From the human T2T-CHM13v2.0 reference genome, Homo sapiens, in NCBI RefSeq assembly GCF_009914755.1, contig NC_060927.1: a stretch of 64,000 bases of DNA; one strand, 5' to 3'. A model generated the notes under the pieces. That model saw only the letters and a program-made list of their open reading frames with translations. It searched no databases and was not told the DNA's origin. This document shows positions 30,611 to 43,699 of the stretch, piece after piece (position 1 is the stretch's first letter; each line of letters begins with the position of its first letter). Made by a program: the position numbers and the translations under genes.

Positions 30611-32789
30611 AATTATACCTACTTTTTATTTTGTATTTTTAGCCAGTATATTAATCATGAAAGCATTTAGCAATTATGGGGTGTTTACTATGACACCATG
30701 CATGATATATGGCATTTTGTTATTTCTTTACTATGACTGCTATGAAATTATTTCTTAGACTTGAAAGTAAGTCTGGGTTGACAGGATTGGTGTGATGGTT
30801 TCTCAATTATGAGGCATCCAGGCTCCTTACATTCTGTGGCCCTGCCATCCTCATACTTGGCTTGCATCTCATGGTCCAATGTGGCTGCTTTGTTTCCTGC
30901 CATTAACTCTGCATTCCAGAATGTAGAAAGGGGAAAGGGAGAAAAGACGTGACCTATAAGGGCGTGACACCGAATTCGTACATGTTACTTTTGCTCATAT
31001 CCCTTAGGCCAGAATCATGTGGCTTCTGGTTGCAAGGGAGGTTGGAAATGTAGCCTTAGGTTGGACAGCCATCCATTCTACTGAGAATACTATTACTGCA
31101 TAGGAAAGGGAAGATAACTGGTGGGGGGCCATGAATAGCCTCTGCCTTGGATGCCTGACAGATGTGCTTACGTGCGCACTCGAGAAACCTTCCTCTTGAT
31201 CTGAGCCTATTTCTTGCCTTTCCCTTTCTTCCATCTGTATTCTTGTCCTTCCTCCCCTTCTCCCTGCCTTCTTGTCAACAGCTTGGTTGGGGGGCCCAAG
31301 TAAGCATATTCATTCAGTCCTGGTGGTTCTGATATGGATGCCCCCTCACCTATTGCTCATGTATTTCTACTGGTTCAGTCACTTGTCCCCCATATCCACA
31401 TTCACATAACTGGTTTTGCAGCCCAGGAGATGTGGATAAGTCCTGCCTCCCTTATTTAGTCTACCTGTGACCTTGGGTAAGTTGACTAACCTTTGTAAGC
31501 CTCATCTTCCTCCCTCTAAAGAAGGCATCATTGCATCAAAGCAGAGTCCCTGCTTAGCCTACCTTATGTGATCATTGTGAGGATTCAAAGAGAGTCATGG
31601 AGACTTGGGGTTTCAAAGGGTGAAGAGCCACATGGCTGAGAAATAGGGCAGGGAGAGTGCTCCAGCGTGCTGTGTACTTTTCCCCAATCTGACCAGCTCC
31701 TTTCTCACAGAGGGAGCCCCAGGAATCTGCACAGGACCCCAACCTTGACCACAGCTCATTGGTTCAGGCATGGAATCTTATCCCTAACAAGCTTGATTAT
31801 TTCTTTTGGGGATATAGCATTTTGACTCAAGGGTCATATAACGATGACAGAGTCCTACTAGTGGCTGAGGTCTGTAGAGAGACCACCGACATACCTGGGG
31901 TACTAGAGTCTTCCTTCCTGACACCTGGAGGTCAAAAGTCCTCCTACTCTGAGAAATACCTTATTCCTTCAGTACATTCATTTCTTTGCTTAAATTTGTT
32001 AAGAGTAATTTCTCTTTCTTACAAGAGCCTTAAGTAAGCAATTTTATTATTGGCAAAATTGACAAAGTTTAATATTTGGTGCTTTAGTCTTATAAATCTG
32101 TGCCCTTTTCACCCCCTCAGGGTGAAAGGTAAATTGTGGTTTCTTCCTCATTTCCATTCTCTTTCTCCAATCAAAATTAGTCATTCAAAAAGATTCCAAC
32201 AGCAGTCATTGACACTGTAAAAAAAAAATGAGAATTTGTAGATCTCTACCTCTCCTAGAGTGACTGTGTAGCCTTAATTCCATTACATAATAAAATATAT
32301 TTTTCCCTGATAAAGAAATTGTATACATTGGGAAAGAGAGGAGGAAGTGGATTTTCTGAAGAAAGTGAAGAGCTTTCAACCCCTCACACCTCTGCTTAAC
32401 ATCGTGTGATGCAGGGGGCTACTTAGTTTGCTTGTGTGCTTGTCCACATAGGGGCATCCTCACAAATGTAAGTAGCCACATCACAATGCAGTATCAAGCA
32501 AGCTTAGCTTACACTGGGTTTGAAGGCAGAAGACCTGGCTCCTTGACCCTACTCTACCTCATTCAACTGGCTATTGCTTCTAGCCCTTTGAGGCACCACC
32601 CAAGCATTTTGAACTCTTGCATGAAATCTCCGATTGCCTCACTGAACTTTGGGTCCCACTTTTGAGGCTTCACTTCTACCTTCGGTATTCTCACCCCTCA
32701 TCCACTTGTAACATTTGGGTGGCTTGTCTGTGCATAATAGAAATTTTTTTTTCATTGAACACTCATTAAAAACAGCAAGACAGATTTTA

Positions 32790-32869
32790 TTAGGTTGCTG
32801 CAAAAGTAATTGCGGATTTTGGCATTAAATGTAATGGCAAAAAACACAATTACTTTTTCATCAACTTAA
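32790..32869. mobile_element. MADE1 (Hsmar1-derived MITE), 80 bp
   Basis: palindromic ttaggttgctgcaaaagtaattgcgg...caattactttttcatcaacttaa, with TA on both sides (32788-32789, 32870-32871). Confidence 0.9.
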
Positions 32870-35800
32870 TATTTGAGCTACTGCAGTAGGAGAGACTTCA
32901 ATTCAGAACAGAGCTCGACTTCAAATAGAGAGTCTCTTCCTCACTCTTTACGTTTGGTCCATCATCAAATCTCGACTACACGTTTGCATGATACACATTT
33001 CTGCATCCATCTACTGTCTGAGTCTGACTCTCATAATCTTTTGGGTGACTTTCTGTAAAATGTTCTCATTGGTTGACTAGGTTCTGTTCCTGTCCCTCGT
33101 CGACAGGCCCCAGCATGTTGTTCTGTAATGCAAATCGGACTATGTCATTTCCCTTCGTGAGCTGCTGGATAAACTCCAACATGCAGAAGGCCCCCCTTAC
33201 CAGGATCTGTGCTTGCATCCTCTGTGCTGCTGCTGCAGAGTTAGCCTCCGTCAGAACACCGAGCACCTCTCCACGGTTGGATAGATTTAAATCAGCATTG
33301 CCTGTGCCTTCCTCTGCTCTATCAGCTTGCTAAATCAACACAGTCCTCCCTAGGTGTCAGGATGATACTTCAGCTGAAGACAGTAATTAATTTGACTTAG
33401 AATCCAGAGTATTTGCAACTCATGAGGTACTGAAGATATAGCTTTGAACTTCTGAGCAGGGAGCAGATTTGGAAAGCCCTCAAGGTGCCCTACAGAGAAA
33501 CTTCCAATTTCTCAAGCAAGCCACTTTAAAAATATGATATAAACCTTTTACTGCTTAAAGAAAAAAAGGGAAGTAATGCTAATATAAAAGAAGAGAAAAG
33601 GGAGAAAGAAAGCTTGACAATGAGTAGGGCGTAGTGAGGCTTAAAATACTGACTGCTCATCTTCTTGTCTCCTTGGTCTGCATGGTGGAACAATGTACAA
33701 AATGGAGTTGCAAATGCCCAACTGGTTATGGTGGGCCCTGGACCCCTCTGCTCACCACAGCACAGCGGAAATAAATGCTCCTACGATGCGCTGCACCATC
33801 TGGTGGTTCAGTGCTCCCAAGGAAGTACAGGATTCCTTGGAATCGTTGGCCCTGTAGAGATCCTTTAGGTGGATCCTCTTTCACGTAGTGGATAATCCAA
33901 CTGTGTATTGAATCCTGACTCCACACAATGTGGGCTGGGGACCCTTCTGGATGCATTGATAAGACATTAATGAGAGCTGATGGGCATGAGGCTTCTCCTT
34001 TTTGGTTATAGAAGGAAATGTAGCTAGGTACCTGGAGAGGAGAAAAGAGGGACCTGTGACAAGAGAGAATGCAAGCAGACATGTGGCATCTCAGGCAGAA
34101 GCAAGGCGGTTAGGGGCACAGAAGACTGGGAGTGCCACAGCAGTGGGAGGAGCTGTTCTCTACCCTGACCCCACTCTACCCCAGGCCGCAGTGCATTCTA
34201 GAACCCTGGGTTGCAGAGCATCCCTCAGTGAACAAATCCTTTGCTTCAGCCAAGCAGTCTTCTCACAAAAGCCTCAGGAGCAGGTCAGCTGTGAGCTGCC
34301 TTGGTGTGGAAACTGGGATGACAGACTTGTTCCTGGGTACACAGGAGGATTTAGAAACTCCCAGAATGGAAGGGGAGGCACATGGGGAGTGGGCAGGGCT
34401 GGGGAGCAATGCCTTGGTTCTCTACTTGGAGGAGCTTGTAAGAGCCACCAAAATTGGAAATTAAGGCTAGTGTGATGGTTATTTGTGTGCATATATGGGG
34501 GCAGTTTGGAGACATTTAGATTAGTTTCTCATAGGTAAACAAAGTTCAGGAAAAGTTAGGTGACACCCCAGACTCACAGAACTGGTGAGAGGAAGAGTTT
34601 GGGCTTAAACCTGGTGCCCTTTCCATTTCATCAAGCTGGTTTAACTTGAATTTACTTACTGAGAAAACAGTCTGTACTTTAGTAGCAGTATAGTTTCTGT
34701 GATTTTTGGAAAGTGATTTGAGTTCTAAGAGCAGGGGCTATGCCCTGTATTTTTCTTTCATGCAGGACACATGGTTGAAGCTTAATCAATATCTTATGAG
34801 TCATTTGATTCATTCATTAGAACAAGCATCAGCATCTTCTCTCGAGTGCTCTGGGCAGTTACTGGCAAAGGATCAGGAAGATATTGCAGGACAGTAGATC
34901 TTATGAATCAAAATAGTCACCTCCTTCAAAATGAAGGCGTGAAAGCTTCATCAGATTTAGAGTTAGATGGAAATTAAGGAAAATGGCAATGGCAGGAAGC
35001 TGATTGTGTAGGGGAACCTCAGCTGAGGTTGGAAACAGATCTCTGCAACAGAAAGGAGGATTGAAATTGGCCCATAGTCATTCAACTTAGTAAGTGCTCA
35101 GCACATGTTAGGCATTGTTCTAGGGAAGAAGATTTAGCAGTGGACAAAACAATTTATGTGACGTAAAAGCATTTTGAGAATTGGGTTATAATTTACTTAC
35201 ATTTTTTCTTATTCTCATGTAACTTTAGTATTGTATGATGGGAAGATCTGGATTTGTAAAATTTGTATCCCTTGCTCTAAAAAACTTAAAGCAGCTTACA
35301 AAGGTGTATGTGATTCTTGGAAAGATTATAAATTAGGAGTTGAAAAGATAGATGAGTAAGAAAAAAATGGAATAAAAAGCATCAGAACCCACCTGAGCCA
35401 GGAATAAATCTAGTTCCCAATACACAAAAGACACCCATGAAATTCTAGATACTGCCATGGGTGAGCCACAGAAGTCACCTCAGGCTTTGCAGTGACTAAT
35501 CCACAGTGAGTGATGATATGATCCATTAGGACAAACATGTAACAACAAAAACAAAACCCTTCTTTGGCAGAACAGCCAATCCTGATACTGAGACCGGAAG
35601 GAAATGTTTCTAAGAATCCTTCAGAATCAGGATACTCTGTGGCGGTGCTGCAGGACTACATCATGAGCAAAATGCCACTCATGAGGCTGGAAGAGGTGTC
35701 ACTTTGAGTTCAGCAATTGAATCTTTCTGAATTGATATTGAGTCTCCAGAAAATAATGAGGGACAAGTATGCCATGATATAAGTGAGTCTCTACATTTGT

Positions 35801-36427
35801 GTGGCAAAGACATTGCACATGTCTCCTGAGCAAAAGAATGTATTGTGATTCACAGAACAGCTGGGGGTAAGGCAAGAGGGGAGAAGGTGGCTTGATGTCT
35901 GTGTCTTACAGAGAAATGTGAGTTTGTAAATTTGATCAGAATAATCTCAGCTCAGCCCAGTTGGTTTGCCCTGTTCCTTATATATGTGTGGGTTTGGCCA
36001 TAGGTCTGCTATAATGTGGGTGAGGGAAGACCAGGGAAAGAATGAAAACCCATGTTAGAATAGAAGAGACATCTAGAAATATTAATAAAACTGCTTTGTC
36101 TACTCACTAGAAACCATCTAGAGTGTTTTTGTTTTAAATTAAGGAAGTATCAGTCACTCAACTGATATATTGAAGAATGAGATACACAGAAAAAATTTAA
36201 ACCCTATGGAAAAATCTCAATGTCTTTCTCTGATTTTATAAAACAATAAAATGGGTTAGAAATTGGGAAGACAATTTGGTCAGTCATTATAAGGCATAAA
36301 ACTGTATGTAAAGACTCCTATAAATGTTAATGTATAGGATGCAGAATCACATTTTTATTTTACCAATCATGATGGACAGTTTTGGGGTATCTGCCAAGCT
36401 CACATCCTCTTCTGGGAGACCCCCCTA

Positions 36428-36500
36428 ACACACACACGTGCACACAGGCACACACGTGCACACACACACACACACCCCTGCATGTGCACGCACACACGTA
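36428..36500. repeat. degenerate (CA)n/(CACG)n purine-pyrimidine repeat
   Basis: acacacacacgtgcacacaggcacacacgtgcacacac... Confidence 0.85.
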
Positions 36501-36825
36501 CTGTGCACCCAGGCCCTGCAGCCATGACTCATCCCTCCCTCACTTCAGTTGTGTGGAGCAAGGGTGGGCACCTGATCAAGGAGAACTGATTCAGAACTGG
36601 GCAGGACCATTCTGATTCTCCTTCCCTACCTGGAATTTGGAAATGGGCAACAGAGATTGAAGGATTGGAAGCTGGTGCTGAATCTAGGGCATTAATGTAG
36701 GCCTCAAGCTGAAGAGAGTTTTTTTCCCCTCATGCTTTGAAAACGCACAGAAATCTGGTAGGCAGAGAGAGAAGTGAATTGTTCAGAGGCACAAAGTAAA
36801 ACAGGGGCCAGAACTATGTGGTCTT

Positions 36826-36958
36826 AGACACACACACACACACAGACACACACACACACACACATTCATACATTCACACCCGCATGCATGCCAGCCAGAC
36901 ACACACACACACACAGACACACACACACACTCATACATTCACACCCGCATGCATGCCA
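36826..36958. repeat. two-copy tandem repeat, about 70-bp unit containing (CA)n
   Basis: unit agac(ac)n agac(ac)n tcatacattcacacccgcatgcatgcca, starting at 36826 and 36897. Confidence 0.9.
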
Positions 36959-37699
36959 TGCCAACACAATGGTGAAGCGAGGAATGGGAGGGAAGGGAAG
37001 TTTGTTTCTACTGACTTTCCAACTCCCGGATCCACCCCTTCGTGAGGTCTGAATGTGCTTACTGCCCTAGTATCCTAGTGCCACGGGAGATGCTGCTGTA
37101 TCTTTGCACTGGATCTCTAATTCTCATTCTCTCTCTCTTTGTTTAGGATGGTTTAGGTAGATTTTTTTTTCTCATGTTAAATGCTTCCTGACCGAAACAT
37201 TAAGTAAAATAGGAAGCCTTTCCTTTGTGGTAAAGGACAGAGAGGTAATTGACAGGACATGCATGCATTTTGTATTTTTTTATATTTACGTATTTTTCAA
37301 AGGACATAAGCATATTGTGTGGGGTGGAGGGCATCTGTGAAGTTTGTTAAATGCTTAGAAAAAATCAGAAGGAGTTTCCAGTTGAGAGTTACTGTGTGCG
37401 GTGAAAGGATATTTCACTGGTTCTTTTGGATATGCTCTCGTGCTCCCCTGTGCTTGTTTTGCTTCCCTTATACTCCAGAAACCTCTGCTTAGTCCAGGTA
37501 ACTGCTCATCAGCTTTGGGGAGAAGTGGGTGACTCTGGATCCAGGGAACAAAAGTGATTTTTAAGTTCAATAGTCACTAGTTTAGGTTTAAAATAGTGAC
37601 ATTCTTGCAGGATAAGCTAGAAAATACCAAGGGCTGGAGATGGGCAGAAATTTAAGAGGAGGTACTCCTAGAATAAATCTAGAATCTCTGCTAGAACAA

Positions 37700-37945
37700 G
37701 TACCATCGTTTTCCAGCACTAGAGGACGTTGGGGAAACTGAGTCAGCGCCCAATGCCTTCTCATTTCTGCCCAGGAGACGACCAAGTTGATAGCATGGAG
37801 CAGGTCTCTTCGCCACCAACCAGCAGGAAAAGCATTTCTCTGGACCTCAACATGTAGTCTGACGCAGGACTGCGGAAAATTCCTCATCTGAATGCCCCGC
37901 CCCTTAGGGAGGAGGGAGCAGCCACGCCTCCTAGAGGGAACCCTC
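37700..37945. promoter_or_regulatory. candidate enhancer: clustered AP-1/ARE, CRE-like, NF-kB and GC-box motifs
   Basis: TGAGTCAGC 37739-37747, TGACGCA 37860-37866, GGAAAATTCC 37874-37883, CCCCGCCCC 37895-37903; locally raised CpG; no obvious repeat. Confidence 0.4.
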
Positions 37946-40930
37946 CCAGATCTGGATGGTGATGGAAGCCTCCCTCCTATCTCCCAGTCGCTCTTCTTGA
38001 TACATTCTTTTTAAGTTTTTTTTCAGTATTATTTAATTAAGTAACAGAGTTCTTATAGCATTTTGTGAAAACTGAAACTCTAGGATAATTTTTTTTTTAA
38101 ATGATTTCCTTTGTTACAAAATTTCATCAGATTTTCCTATTATGGGTAAACTTAAAAAGCCTTTTCTTAATACTATACTGAAGTTTTAAACAGAAACTAA
38201 AGATAGAAAGTTTTAGAGGATATTATTCTCTGCTCTCAGCCAAAAATCAAGAAAAAAATGTATTCTTACCCTTTTTACATTAGCCATCCCAATATTTGGT
38301 GCCTTACACACAGCTACATCTGTAGGAGATGCAAGATAGATCCTTTTTGAATAATGAAAAAGGGTTTATTAACCCATATTTGGAAAGAATCTTGAAGGAC
38401 AGCAGCATAAGCAAAAGTGTTTATTTACTCTTTAGTTATTGATGTAGACAATTCACTCTCCGGTCTTCATTTCAGTGGGTGATGGGTAATGTGACCAGAG
38501 GGCCACAAAGGACAGAGGCACAGAGAGGAGCAAGTGGAGACGGTGCAAGGTGCACTGGCATAGACTGTGCCTTGGGAGCCCTAGAGAAGCATCTCCCTGG
38601 CAGGCAGCAGAAGAGCTTTCTTGGAGAATGGGTTCCTGTTTGCTAGGCTAGGCTAAATTAGACTAAGCTACAGTCACAATCACCAAAAATCAGTGGCTTT
38701 ACAGAGAAAGTTTATTTACTACTCTTGTACTCTAGTGCAGGGCAGGAGGCCCGCCCCAGTTTTGCAGCCTTCCGTCTGGATCTCACAGATTCCAAGGCTG
38801 CATGCAGCACCAGAAGAAGAGAGAGCTGGAGGATTGCATGGGATGTTTTTCAGGGCCAGGCCTGAAAATGGCACAGGTCACTTCAACCAACATGTCATTG
38901 GTACAGCCACACTCACATGGCCCCAACTCCAAAGGAGACTGGGAAATGTACTTTAGCTGTTTAACTGTGCTCCAGAGAAGAGGAAACTGGTGAAGAGCAC
39001 ATCGAATTTCCATGGGTGAAAGGGTGACTGCAGAGGAGTAGGGCAAAGGGGGCAGCTATATGGCAGCAAATGAAAGTCTATACAGCTGATTCTCTTGGAG
39101 CTTCTGGCCTGGGATGTGCAGCAGACACCGTCCTTCCCTATATTAAGGCACACTATTCATTACACTTGGCTAAATAGAAAGATGGCAAATTTAAGTGCAA
39201 ATCAGACAGCCATGGCATCCCGGAATCCACACCTCTGGATTAGCTATGCTACCCTTTTTTGCAAAGTTCATGATAAATTGGAACCTGAGGAGAGTGCAAC
39301 AACAGGGTGGCAGATGTCGTGCCCTGAAATTGCACGTTTCTGGTAGGGCACTGGCTTAGATTACTTGAGGGGCCCAAGCCTCCTCCTCTGCGAACCCACT
39401 GACAAACTATACCAGAGGAGGGAGAGAGAGAACACCGCTAGCAGGAATTCCCAAGTCTCTCACTCTTCTCTTCAGTCGGGTTCGTGGCTCACAGAGGGAA
39501 GAGTGGACTTTTGCTGAATGAGGGGTGCACAAACTTGTAACTCATTCTGTCTACTGCTTTCAGAGTGGGTCAAAATCCCTCAGACCAAGATTCAAGCAAA
39601 GAAACAATCTCTTAAGACACTTGCCTTTTAACTGCACCATAGCTCACCCTCACCTCACTTCCACCCTGGGGTCTCTATAACTATTGCCTGATACTGTCCG
39701 GTAGGACTGGCAGGGGAGAGTCTGGAGATTTCTGACTTGGGTCTTTGGACTTTCCACATAAGCTAGTAAATCCCAGCTCTGAGCTGTGACACCCATGGAT
39801 GTGTCTGGTTGCCTTGGTGGGAATTTATCACTAAGTCTGTAAATCAAAATATAATTTAATTTGGTTTACATCAGTATTTACAGGAGCAAGAGGGCTTTTT
39901 CCAAGGGGGGATTTTGGCCCACAAGCAGAAACCCCAGTCCCGCCCAGTCTTTCTGTCTGCCCTTTAAATTGACCAGCATTGCTGTGTCCCTTGTCACTGA
40001 TGGTGGTGGCCCATCAGCCCTGAGCCGGGACCAACTGCCACGTTGATGGGGCTTGAAAATGGGCATGTCTCTAGAGCAGACACTGAGCACTGAACTAGTA
40101 CAGGCCCCAGGATATGTAAATAGAAGGGATGAGGGGCAGCAAGGCCGTTAGAGAAACACGGCCGGGCTTTGGCCTGGTCTTGAAGCAGCATTTCTATTAT
40201 AACAGATGCACTGTTTTAACTACACTGGATCTTATTGGAAGGGGAGAGGGTGAGGAAAATCGAGAGGGAAGTTAATCCTCCCCCCACCCCCGCCCCACTT
40301 TCCACCCTCTGGAGTCTACGCCTCTGTTCTCATTCAGGTTTCTCTAGGTAAATGATTGGGACAAATATCCATTCTAGCAGCAAGCCACGCTTACCTTGGA
40401 GCTGGTGCACCCTACCGCTGCCAGAGTGCACCCTCTGTCTCCACCAGGGTTAAGAAGGGGTGGTGGTCTCCCTCTCCTAGCCTCTTGCCAGGTAAAGGGG
40501 CAAGAGGGAGAGGAGAATAATAGCACTGTCCCTTGCCTTGATTGTGTACACGTATGATACTCTGGCCTCATTGAGGGGCCCTGAATACCTGGAATGTGAC
40601 ACGGAAGCAGCTTCCCTGGAGGAACAGATGCGACCGCAAGAGCAAAAGACCTCTGCCAACTGTAAGACGCCCAGATGTAAGGAGTGCCCCTCCTCTTCAT
40701 TCTAATGCACCATCTGCATCTGTTTTCGCTTCATTCTGAAGCTTGCTCCTCTTCCGGTGAACACGTCTTGCCTTGGCTGGGTCCACCTGGACAAACCTAG
40801 GGTGATGTTCATACATTCTTCTTGCCATTCTTTCTGGCAGCATCATCAGCACTGATGTTCTCACTGATGACATGAAGGTGTCTGAGACAATTAAACAGGC
40901 TCCCCACCTGGCATGGTGTTCGCCTCCCCA

Positions 40931-40949
40931 GGGCCAGCAGGGGGCCCCG
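40931..40949 (+). promoter_or_regulatory. candidate CTCF site just downstream of the CLRN1 3' end
   Basis: gggccagcagggggccccg matches the CCASYAGRKGGC core, within a CpG-enriched patch. Confidence 0.5.
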
Positions 40950-41776
40950 CGACCTTGTGAGAAGGCTAGCTGCCACCTGGGGAAGGAGGGCGGGTCCCAG
41001 CAAAACGAATGTCATTCCCGGGGCCTTTGATTCCCACCGAGTGGGAGCCGCCTATGAGCGTCCTGGCCAGACCCTTCTTCTAAGGGCTCCCCATAGGCCT
41101 GGGGACTATGCGTTTCATCTGCGAGAAGAGAGGGAGACCGGTGCTGCTGGTGCCGGGTTGTTTCCTGCTTTATTTTGTGTGCGGTGTGCTCTGCAGGGAC
41201 CTTTTGAGTGTCTGTCACAGCCCTGCTTCTCCTTTCCAGCCAGGGAACATGGTGGGTTTGCCTCTTAGTTCCTCATTAGATTTTTCAGCAGCTGCTCCAG
41301 GTTTTCTTTCTCTTTCTACGGAACAGAGAACGATTGGAGACTTGTTTTCTAAAGAAAAAAGCCTGGTGTTCGAAGGAGTTTTTCAAAACTCCAAGAAGAC
41401 AGAGAGGAATCCAATAAGAGTGCAGGGGGTACCTGGCCTTGGGGACCTCCAACCAACTCCTCACGCAGGAGACGGTCCTTGTCCTCCTAGCCCACTCATT
41501 TCCAGTGCTTTTGTACTGGACCATTTCAGCTAAAGACTTACAGAACTGGGCTCTAGCCTGTTACCAAAAAAAAAAAATCCCCTTTGTGGCTAGACTGAAT
41601 TGTAGTCTTCTAGAAATTGTCCAGGTGTATTTCCTGATTTAAGGGGAAAAACCAGCATCTGGAAACTCGGTGTGTTCTGATGTCTGCTGGCGAATAGCGA
41701 ATTGACACCAGAGCAAGTTATTTCTCAGGTATACGGTTGTTTCATCCTTGTAAATAGTTCCAAAGGGAAACAGTGT

Positions 41777-41782
41777 TTTATT
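41777..41782 (-). terminator. CLRN1: candidate CLRN1 polyadenylation signal AATAAA (a second one lies at 41169-41174)
   Basis: plus-strand tttatt downstream of both CLRN1 stop codons; the cleavage site actually used cannot be read from sequence. Confidence 0.45.
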
Positions 41783-41938
41783 TTAAGGAGTACTTTCAAA
41801 CCTATTATATGAGGGCTGCTGAGTACTCAGCACCTGTGGTCAGAGGCCTAGTGATCTGTTTGCTGTCATTCTCTGCTTTTTCCTTGGTGCTTTCTGGAGG
41901 ACAGCAGGTTGAGGATGAAGGAAGGGTCAGTTCCAGGC

Positions 41939-41959
41939 TCAGCTGTGGCCTTTAGTCAG
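41939..41959 (-). CDS. CLRN1: CLRN1 alternative terminal coding segment (LTKGHS*), reached by splicing out 41960-43149
   Basis: CAG acceptor at 41961-41960; CTG ACT AAA GGC CAC AGC TGA; matches the recalled C-terminus ...SFWLTKGHS of the short isoform. Confidence 0.8.
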   Translation of the reverse strand: MTKGHS

Positions 41960-42349
41960 CTGCAGATCAATTTGATGGGTAATTCAGGGGAAAAAAAAAG
42001 TTGACCTGGGTCATGCTTGGTGACAGCCAGAACAAGACCAAGATGATACAGTGATACCGTCATAATCCCAGATTTAATATAATTTTCATAATTGCATATT
42101 AGTACTCGAGACACTATAGCTAGAAAAACAGCCCCTAATAAGTCATTTTGCATCAAATGTACTAAGCAGAGATCATTTTTCATGATTCCTCAGTGGTCCT
42201 AACAATTATGTTCATTGAAAGTACTGTCGTGAATGTAATTGGGACTCAGGCACGGGAGGAAAAATACCCTAAGCTTGGTTTTTTCTTCTTTTCTTCTTTT
42301 AGAGTTTGCAGATTTTGACCAACAGACATGGTTAATAAGACTATGCTTT

Positions 42350-42511
42350 TTTAAAGCCTATATTTTATATTTATTTTATTTTTTAATTTTGTTAGTGACA
42401 GGGTCTCACTTTATTGCCCAGGCTGTAACTCGAACTCCTGAACTCAAATGATCTTCCCACCTTGGCCTCCTGAAGTGCTGGAATTACAGGTGTGAGTCAC
42501 CACGCCTGGCC
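42350..42511 (-). mobile_element. FLAM-like Alu monomer in the CLRN1 3'UTR
   Basis: single left arm with degenerate T-rich tail; degenerate TSD taagactatgcttt / taagagtatacttt. Confidence 0.85.
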
Positions 42512-42714
42512 TAAGAGTATACTTTAAACAAATTTTTTAAAATGTGTGTTGATACATTTTATAGATGTTCATTTAATACACTACTGTTTTAGGAAAGCGA
42601 TTGCAGCTCAGTTTTCTGAAATCTGGCAACAAATGTGTGGATATATTAGAAATATTATTTGTTTTTATTAAAATATATTCCATGTGCCTTTGATATCTTT
42701 TTGATAGAAAGACA

Positions 42715-42718
<4 letters not shown>

Positions 42719-42756
<38 letters not shown>
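42719..42756. repeat. compound (CA)n(TA)n microsatellite in the CLRN1 3'UTR
   Basis: direct reading of the run. Confidence 0.95.
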
Positions 42757-43020
42757 GGAGTAACAATTTGTCGATTCTAGTCAACTGCCTTTGACTACCT
42801 GGGTCAAGCAATTTCCCACCAGATAAAACAACTTTTCAAAGCCTTCCTTCTGCTTCCCTTACTTTCCAGCCTGTATCCTTAGTACGTAATTTGTAAACAT
42901 TGTCACGAAGGGTCCTGATGCTTTAATATATGCAGACTAAAAGGATATGCAAAATTAACCACATCTAAAAGTGACCAAAGCAAGTCTACTCCCTTGTAAA
43001 ATTATAGAAAGGTTTGCCTT

Positions 43021-43286
43021 TCAGTACATTAGATCTGCAGCTACATTAGTTGTTTCTGCGTCTTTAGATTTTGCAAAAGGGAACTGAAATCCAGCAAGTC
43101 GTATTAGGAGCCCATTCAGAAAATGAACAAAAAAGCAAAAGAAAATGACCCAGAATGAGGTGGTATATTTTTCACTTTGCGTTTTGTAGACATAAGTCCC
43201 TTCTTTATAATTTGCAATTTTTTCTGAGAGGTGATGGATTTTCACTTCAGAGGCAAACAATATCATGACAAGACAGCCACAGGAGC
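43021..43286 (-). CDS. CLRN1: CLRN1 (clarin-1) terminal coding exon: G-SCGCLVMILFASEVKIHHLSEKIANYKEGTYVYKTQSEKYTTSFWVIFF...TTNVAADLMY*
   Basis: ORF 43021..43317; CAG acceptor at 43288-43287; 266 nt, phase 1, joins the 180-nt exon; hydrophobic TM segment and C-terminal DLMY. Confidence 0.98.
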
Positions 43287-43699
43287 CTGCAACAGAAGAA
43301 ACAAGGTGTTGGGACAAATATTTCCTGATTGTAAGGGACAGGGAAGAGGGTCAATGTGTAAACCAAGGAATTCTCTTACCATCATCCCCATTGACATTAT
43401 CCACACAAAAAATTATTGCATATTTGTAATCATGAGCCTGATTCTTCAGTCTCTAGGTGGTAGGGCTTGGGTTATGGTTCTGCTCTGAGTGAAGAAGATT
43501 TGTGTGTGCGTGTAGGAGTGCAGTGGGAGGTAAGGAGGTGGTTAGAATTAAGCTGATCTTACAAAGACTGGGAGATATTCCTCTTTGCATGATGTGAAGG
43601 CTGAATTGCTAGGCACTTTAAAGGCATAATGGTGGAATCAGGCTACAAAGCAGCCACTGCTATGATGTGGCTTCAAGAGAAAATATTTCTCTGTACTTC

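Larger units (their letters stand above)
41750..43020 (-). other. CLRN1: CLRN1 3'UTR of the main isoform (distal end approximate)
   Basis: lies between the TGA at 43023-43021 and the AATAAA candidates. Confidence 0.75.

Noticed and set aside
34002-34475. 157-aa intergenic ORF
   Set aside because: Non-ATG start, no domain or convincing splice context
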